A stretch of 64,000 bases of DNA from the NCBI RefSeq assembly GCF_009914755.1, contig NC_060936.1, one strand, 5' to 3'. Made by a program: the position numbers and the translations under genes. The stretch comes from the human T2T-CHM13v2.0 reference genome, Homo sapiens. Positions 53,768 to 64,000 of this stretch are shown in pieces (position 1 is the first letter of the stretch; each line of letters begins with the position of its first letter). A model generated the notes under the pieces. That model saw only the letters and a list, made by a program, of their open reading frames with translations, made no database searches and was not told where the DNA came from.

Positions 53768-54013
53768 CTCTATCGTCCGAGCTTTGTGCACCCAGGGGCT
53801 GCCACAGTCCCCACCATGTCAGCCGCATTTCCTGGAGCCTCTCTGTATCTTCCCATGGCCCAGTCTGTGGCTGTTGGGCCTTTAGGTTCCACAATCCCCA
53901 TGGCTTATTATCCAGTCGGTCCCATCTATCCACCTGGCTCCACAGTGCTGGTGGAAGGAGGGTATGATGCAGGTGCCAGATTTGGAGCTGGGGCTACTGC
54001 TGGCAACATTCCT
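53768..54013 (+). CDS. DAZAP2: DAZAP2 exon 3
   Basis: cttctag|CTC; LYRPSFVHPGAATVPTMSAAFPGASLYLPMAQ...VEGGYDAGARFGAGATAGNIP|gtgagt; 246 nt. Confidence 0.96.
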
Positions 54014-54546
54014 GTGAGTATGACCTCATCAGAAGAAACTCAGCCCTTGTGTATTTTAACTTTCTGAAATGACTTCATATTCATTCTCTTACCATTTCTG
54101 GATGATAGTTGCCAGTGTTGGTACAACTACTGACATCCAATACTCAGGCAGAAAGTGTTTGAGGGGGCAGAACTGTGGCAAGTGAGTAGCATCTCACTGG
54201 GGGCTGAGTTAACCAGATTCTTTTGTTTTCATGTCTGTCGAGTCCTGCTTGCTGCTTTTCCAGTTCATTGTGGTACACTGAACTGGTCTAGTAATGCTCC
54301 TTATTCATTCCATAAGCATTTACCATTTACTTAATATTTGCCATCAGCATGGTGTTGCACTAGGAACCCTGATAATTAAAAAAGTAGAATGTATAATCCC
54401 TAGTAAGTAGCTTTTAGAAAGATATTAACAATTTTAGTTATCATTTTTTCCTACTTAATTCCCCAGTGCGTGGGATTTAGAGCTCAAATGACTGCTCAGT
54501 AACTACATGCTAGAGATGAAGTGAATGTGTCATTAGCGAGCCTTCA

Positions 54547-54850
<304 letters not shown>

Positions 54851-55226
54851 AAAAACTATGTAGGGACCATGTGGGATTCATACATGGACTGGCACCCTGT
54901 CCCTGTTTTGGGAATGTGAGTAGGACAGTGGTTCTCTACCCTCAAAATGACTGTTGGTCTGGTCTGTTCATGTTCAGAAGGTAGCCATAGGCTTCATCTT
55001 AGAGCTGGAACCCTTTGAATGAGTGGTAGGCTCCCTTTCCTGTTTGTATCTTTGGGTTCACATAAAGTATAGACCTACTTTAGAACTCAAATTGGTGGCG
55101 GAACTAGCTCCTTAAAACGCAGCTGGTTAGCACATTGCCTCATCCTAACAGGCCTCTGCTTCCCCTATGTCCCCTTCGCTTATATTAGCTGCCCTGTGCC
55201 CATTCTATCATGTCATTTCCTTTCAG

Positions 55227-55355
55227 CCTCCACCTCCTGGATGCCCTCCCAATGCTGCTCAGCTTGCAGTCATGCAGGGAGCCAACGTCCTCGTAACTCA
55301 GCGGAAGGGGAACTTCTTCATGGGTGGTTCAGATGGTGGCTACACCATCTGGTGA
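55227..55355 (+). CDS. DAZAP2: DAZAP2 exon 4 coding part, TGA stop (168 aa total)
   Basis: tttcag|CCT; PPPPGCPPNAAQLAVMQGANVLVTQRKGNFFMGGSDGGYTIW*; exons sum to 507 nt. Confidence 0.97.
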   Translation, partial: PPPPGCPPNAAQLAVMQGANVLVTQRKGNFFMGGSDGGYTIW

Positions 55356-56830
55356 GGAACCAAGGCCACCTTTGTGCCGGGAAAGACATCACATACCTTC
55401 AGCACTTCTCACAATGTAACTGCTTTAGTCATATTAACCTGAAGTTGCAGTTTAGACACATGTTGTTGGGGTGTCTTTCTGGTGCCCAAACTTTCAGGCA
55501 CTTTTCAAATTTAATAAGGAACCATGTAATGGTAGCAGTACCTCCCTAAAGCATTTTGAGGTAGGGGAGGTATCCATTCATAAAATGAATGTGGGTGAAG
55601 CCGCCCTAAGGATTTTCCTTTAATTTCTCTGGAGTAATACTGTACCATACTGGTCTTTGCTTTTAGTAATAAAACATCAAATTAGGTTTGGAGGGAACTT
55701 TGATCTTCCTAAGAATTAAAGTTGCCAAATTATTCTGATTGGTCTTTAATCTCCTTTAAGTCTTTGATATATATTACTTGTTATAAATGGAACGCATTAG
55801 TTGTCTGCCTTTTCCTTTCCATCCCTTGCCCCACCCATCCCATCTCCAACCCTAGTCTTCCATTTCCTCCCGCCAGTCTCCATTGAATCAATGGTGCAGG
55901 ACAGAAAGCCAGTCAGACTAATTTCCTTCTTTCCTCGCACTTCTCCCCACTCGTCATCTTTTAACTAGTGTTTCACAAGGATCCTCTGAAACCCTCTCTG
56001 TGCCCCAAGTACAGATCCCATTACTTCTGCTTTCGTATCTCCTCAGGCAAAAGTGGAGGGTGCCTTATGGGCCCTCCTCATAGGTTGTCTCTGCATACAC
56101 GAACCTAACCCAAATTTGCTTTGGTGCCAGAAAAACTGAGCTATGTTTGAACAAAGATGTCGTGCAAACTGTACTGTGAACAACAGTTGGTTTAAAATAT
56201 GAGGGGCAAGGAGGAGGATGCATTTCAAAAGCTTGATTGATGTGTTCAGAGCTAAATTAAGAGGAGTTTTCAGATCAAAAACTGGTTACCATTTTTTGTC
56301 AGAGTGTCTGATGCGGCCACTCATTCGGCTCCCCAGAATTCCTAGACTGGGTTAATAGGGTCATATTGTGAATGTCTCACTACAAAATGACTTGAGTCCA
56401 GTGAAATCTCATTAGGGTTTAAGAATATTTCAGGGATCCTTAATGTTTTGATTTTTGTTTTCTGAAATTGGATTTTATTTTATTTTATCTTATAATTTCA
56501 GTTCATCTAAATTGTGTGTTCTGTACATGTGATGTTTGACTGTACCATTGACTGTTATGGAAGTTCAGCGTTGTATGTCTCTCTCTACACTGTGGTGCAC
56601 TTAACTTGTGGAATTTTTATACTAAAAATGTAGAATAAAGACTATTTTGAAGATTTGAATAAAGTGATGAAGTTGCATTACACCTCACTGCAAGGATTCT
56701 TTACTTAGCTTGTTTTTAGATTTCTTCTATATATATTTTATTTATATCCCATCTAGAATTCAGCTAGGTGCTGCTGCTGCTCTGTTTCCTTTGATGACGC
56801 TTTGAAATAAAGGCAGGAGTACAAGCCTAA
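55356..56830 (+). other. DAZAP2: DAZAP2 3' UTR with several poly(A) signals
   Basis: Repeat-free AT-rich stretch after the stop; AATAAA at 55668, 56634, 56658 and 56806. Confidence 0.75.
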
Positions 56831-57098
56831 GACTTGATCATTTCATGAATTCCATTCCAGATGTTCAACTTTTCATCATTTTACTCCAACCTCTTACAAA
56901 TTTTGGAATTTCGGACCTAAACTTAGAAATGAGGGAACTATTGATTCTCCTAACTTGCTCTAAAGTTTGGCTTGAAGAAAAGGTTCTGGTATAGCAATTT
57001 GTATACGTTGAGGATGACCTTTAGTTTCTCCAATGTTCTATGTGGAGAAATACTGAAAACTCATAGAATCTAGGTTGCCAAGATAGATTCCTCAGCTC

Positions 57099-58024
<926 letters not shown>

Positions 58025-58268
58025 CTCCCAGGGTATGTTTCTAATGATGTTCCCCTGGAACAAGCTTTCCTGCACCATCTTTGTCTCAAATCCCTGAGAT
58101 AGTTCTGCAAACTTCTAGAACTTTCCTAGGGTTCTTATTGCTTGGAAGAGAACATATGTAAAGGCGTTAAATAGGGAAAAGAAAATGTCAAAAATGTTTA
58201 AGCAAAAATAAGTCAAAATGTAGTTACTTCTTGCACATGAGAATCTGATTTCTGTAGCAATGAAAATT

Positions 58269-58274
58269 TTTAAT
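58269..58274 (-). terminator. SMAGP: Likely SMAGP poly(A) signal ATTAAA
   Basis: tttaat on plus, ~565 nt past the stop; U-rich sequence downstream on minus (ttgacttatttttgcttaaacatttttg). Confidence 0.6.
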
Positions 58275-58838
58275 TTGAATAAAAATCACGTAAGCATGAG
58301 GTTGTTGGGGAACACGGAAAGGAAGGGCTCAGATTAGGGGGTGTAGCACATTTATCAGGAGGTAAGATCTCCATAGTCTCCTACCCCTCCTGGCCTGGCC
58401 TTTTACTGTGGTATCCAGCCTCTGGGAAGACCTTGTATGGACAGTATCTCCACTGGGGCTATCACTAGGTGACCAGGTAGGGGACAGAGTAGAGCAGCCA
58501 ATGACCTTAACTCAAAATCTTTTCTCTCCCTTCAACCTGTGAAAAAAGATGACTGGGCACATACTCAGATGTCCCCTGGCATAGCCACATCTTGTTGGCC
58601 AGTCACAAACACCAGCTCTAGTAAGAGGGCCTGGTTAAAGATATCATAAACAGCTTTCTCCATGTCCCTGGTCCCTGGAGTCAGTGATGTCGGCATTTGG
58701 GACTGCGACCTGGCTGGAGCTTGGATTTGCCCACATCAATCAATGCTTCTCCCTGGCTTCAGAGAAAACTTTCCCATAATAAGCAGTCAACGTGTTAGCG
58801 ATGGAGCCAGGAATAAGCTCCTTGGGGCCTGGGAGTCA

Positions 58839-59017
58839 TTAGATGAAATATTCCTCTTTCTCGCTGCCCTTGGCCAAGTCACTCTCCATCTGGACGATGG
58901 CACTGGGCTCACCTTCTGTAGGTTCATAGGTGACGTAGCTGCCTTTGTTCTTGTACAGGTAAAAGAAGATCAAGATCACGACCGAGAGCAGGGTGAGGAA
59001 GACAACGGTGATAACAA
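58839..59017 (-). CDS. SMAGP: SMAGP last coding exon (TM helix, 4.1-binding motif, PDZ-binding C-terminus EYFI)
   Basis: (V)VITVVFLTLLSVVILIFFYLYKNKGSYVTYEPTEGEPSAIVQMESDLAKGSEKEEYFI* (TAA 58841-58839); acceptor ctttccaag|TT; glycophorin C/neurexin-like tail. Confidence 0.95.
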
Positions 59018-59501
59018 CTTGGAAAGGAGAGGGAAAATGTAGAGATGTTTCAGGATTGAGGATGTCTCAGTAGTTCCTGGAGTCATCTGATTTAGTCACT
59101 GTTTTCGTAAAGATCCTCTTGTTTTCATTAACTAGTGTCCACTTCCATCCAAACCCATGTTCCCCCACCAACCCCAATTTCCATGGCACATAATAGCTGG
59201 AGTCTCCTGGTGCTTAAGCTAAGGACACATGCTTTTGATTTCTGACAAAACTGAACTGCCTCCCAAACCAGTTCCTGATTCTTAAAGAAACGGGAAGGAG
59301 GGAACAGGAAATGGCTTATCCTAACAGGAAGTGGTTTATCTGATCCTCCCCCTCTTCCTCACCCACTCAACCAACCACATATATCCTCGTCCCTACCCAC
59401 GTACTCAAGTGTAACGTCCGTATGCATATCTATTTGCGGCCACCTCCCAACCTGTCATTTACTGGTAGTGCCTCTGACAGAAGCCTCCGAGTCTTTTATG
59501 G

Positions 59502-59502
<1 letters not shown>

Positions 59503-59541
<39 letters not shown>
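59503..59541. repeat. (TG)19 microsatellite in the last SMAGP intron
   Basis: Direct inspection. Confidence 0.95.
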
Positions 59542-59548
<7 letters not shown>

Positions 59549-59652
59549 CTTACAAGCCAGAGTGAGCCCATTAATGGATTTGGTCAGGCTCCCTCTGGAG
59601 AGAGATGCCCTTGATCCAGAAGGTCCCTTGGAGTTGGCTCAGAGTCTATTAC

Positions 59653-59733
59653 CTGCAATGAGTGCTGTGCTGGCTCCATCTTCTGGGGACAGGGCCTCAG
59701 TGGGCTGTAAAATTGGGGTGGTCATCAGTTCTT
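59653..59733 (-). CDS. SMAGP: SMAGP penultimate coding exon (ectodomain); start-codon exon lies outside the window
   Basis: (E)ELMTTPILQPTEALSPEDGASTALIA; tttccag|AA ... GCAG|gtaata; 81 nt, phase matches the last exon. Confidence 0.93.
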
Positions 59734-61296
59734 CTGGAAAATGTAGAAAAGTGGAAAAGGAAATGGAGTGAATTCTTTTGTTTGAAAGCATATGTTTGGC
59801 CTTCAAATTTCACCACCCCACCTTCTTCCCTATTCAAAAGTTTATCATTTAACTCCTAGAGTATATCCAAATAGAAAATCCTAGAGAATAAAGAAGAAAA
59901 TAAACCACCACCCAAAGACAATATGTTGATGGATTTCTCCCTGCATAATATAGTGATTAAGAGTAGGGGCTATAGAGCCTGACAGACTGGGTTTCAAATA
60001 TGAACTCTGTCCTTTACTAGCTGTGTGACCTTGGGAAAATTACCTAACCTCTATCTGCAAAATGGAGGTAAGAGTACCTACTTTAAAACGTTGTTGTGAC
60101 ATTTAATAAGTCACTCAGTAGGATAAGCCATTATTAGGAATGCATATTTTTACATAAGTGAGATCAAATGAGTTGTATGTGTATATATTTACATTATATT
60201 ATATAGCATGTGCATTTTCTTGCAGCATTCTTACTAATTCTTTGTAAACATTATTTTAACATAATGAAATAGTGCTCCTCTCCTATTAAAAACCCTTTTC
60301 TACACTTCCAGGATAGGCCCTGCAATTTGAAAGGTTCTGAAACAGGCCTCTCCTCTACCCTAAAATAGATCCTGCACCCCCTCCTGCTACGGGTTTATTT
60401 ATCCTTCAGAGCGTGAAAGTCCCACCCTAAAGTCATTACCCAGGGACAGAACATGACAAAATGAGTGGTCTCCAGAAGTCCCTTTTAAGTGTTTACACAG
60501 GAAGTCAGGAAGCCCTTCCATTCTTTCCTATTAGCATTTTAATGTAGAGGTTACTGCAGGATAGAGGTCTCCTGGGGAAAACCAGCTGGCTGATCCTGGC
60601 AACACCCACAGGAGGCACCCCGACCTGACTGGCATCCCATAAACAGCAACACTCACCCACTGCCTCCTCTTTGCTAGGCCCTGTGCTAGATGAAAGGTCG
60701 AGCAAAACAGACACGGCCAGCTTCCCGAGGCTCACCCTCCACTGCACCCCACAGCTTGCACGGTGAGGAGCTGCTGTAAGTGCACTTAGGAAAGTGTGCA
60801 GCCGAGGGGCCTGATCTAGTCTTCCAGCCAGAAGCGACCCCCCAAGGGAGGAATATCTGACCTGGGAGCTGAAGCAGGGGTAAGAGTTTACCGGGTAACA
60901 GGGATGGGGCACATTCTAGGCAGAGAGAAGAGCCTGGGTCAAAGCTCTGAGACCAGGGGACTCAAAGGCCAGCGTGGCCCGAGCGCAGTGTGAGCATGAC
61001 TCCCGTCCAGTGCCTGACACGTTCAGGTTTCCATCCACAGCAAGTGAAATGAGGGTATCAGTGGTGGTCTGGTGGGCCTATGCTAAGACGGGCCAAGAGT
61101 GTTGAAGGGTCTTTCCACGCGGGCCCAGGGGAGCCTGATGAACCATCCTCATCTTGCAATACAGAAAGCAGAGGCAGGCTGTCCAGAGCGCTTCCTCTCC
61201 CAAGGCCAGGCCAAACCTTTCTCTCTGGTCCCCTCTTTGTCTAGGAATGGTAGTACCCTCAACCACTCTGGCCTTGGGCGAATGGTTACTGTGGTG

Positions 61297-61300
<4 letters not shown>

Positions 61301-61361
<61 letters not shown>
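61301..61361. repeat. (CA)n(CT)n compound microsatellite
   Basis: Direct inspection. Confidence 0.95.
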
Positions 61362-61362
<1 letters not shown>

Positions 61363-61419
61363 GGTTTTCATCCAGTTCCTGGCTCCTAATTCCCACAGCC
61401 CGTTAGCCTTGTGTTATGA

Positions 61420-62480
<1,061 letters not shown>

Positions 62481-62495
62481 TAGAACAGTTATACA

Positions 62496-63770
<1,275 letters not shown>

Positions 63771-64000
63771 AAGCCCTGAAGTTTATCTACCTGGTCATGA
63801 CTTCACACATTTCACCATGCACTTTCCTCCCCAAATCGCCCAGGGCTGCAATCCATCTTCCTACCATGGATCTAGAGTTCTATACAGTTGTTCCTAGTTT
63901 TGCTTTCTTTAAACATTTTGAGAATTTAGGATGTACAAAGCATTGAGAAGATTAATGTATATCAGAAGCTTGAAGATGAGTAATTTGTGTTCAATCATCA

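Noticed and set aside
58662-58958. 5' part of the 126-aa plus-strand ORF as an independent gene
   Set aside because: Antisense shadow of the SMAGP exon and UTR; only the part after the acceptor at 58958 has splice support

Overview
This is human (primate) genomic DNA, very Alu-rich, corresponding to the POU6F1 - DAZAP2 - SMAGP locus (12q13 from memory). POU6F1 lies on the minus strand. It has a CpG-island first exon near 30.55-30.9 kb and 10 coding exons (19743 to 3129) that I spliced by hand into 1836 nt = 611 aa. An internal Met at 9723 gives a 301-aa form, and the 3' UTR appears to run off the left edge. DAZAP2 lies on the plus strand, with 4 coding exons (51804-55355, 507 nt = 168 aa) and a CpG-island promoter. 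The last two coding exons of SMAGP (59733-58839, minus strand) converge on DAZAP2 and are missed by the ORF track. Nearly all other ORFs are Alu, microsatellite or GC-rich artefacts. I found no prokaryotic-type system such as CRISPR. The best leads are regulatory. (1) Perfect POU6F1 consensus sites (GCATAAWTTAT) flank POU6F1's own first exon, suggesting autoregulation. (2) A plus-strand splice acceptor inside the SMAGP transmembrane exon could give DAZAP2 an antisense-overlapping last exon. (3) A perfect 9 x 32-bp VNTR, a CpG-rich putative internal promoter and a GC-AG intron cluster around the short-isoform start. (4) Back-to-back convergent poly(A) signals lie between DAZAP2 and SMAGP. Repeat boundaries and subfamilies were judged by eye and are approximate.
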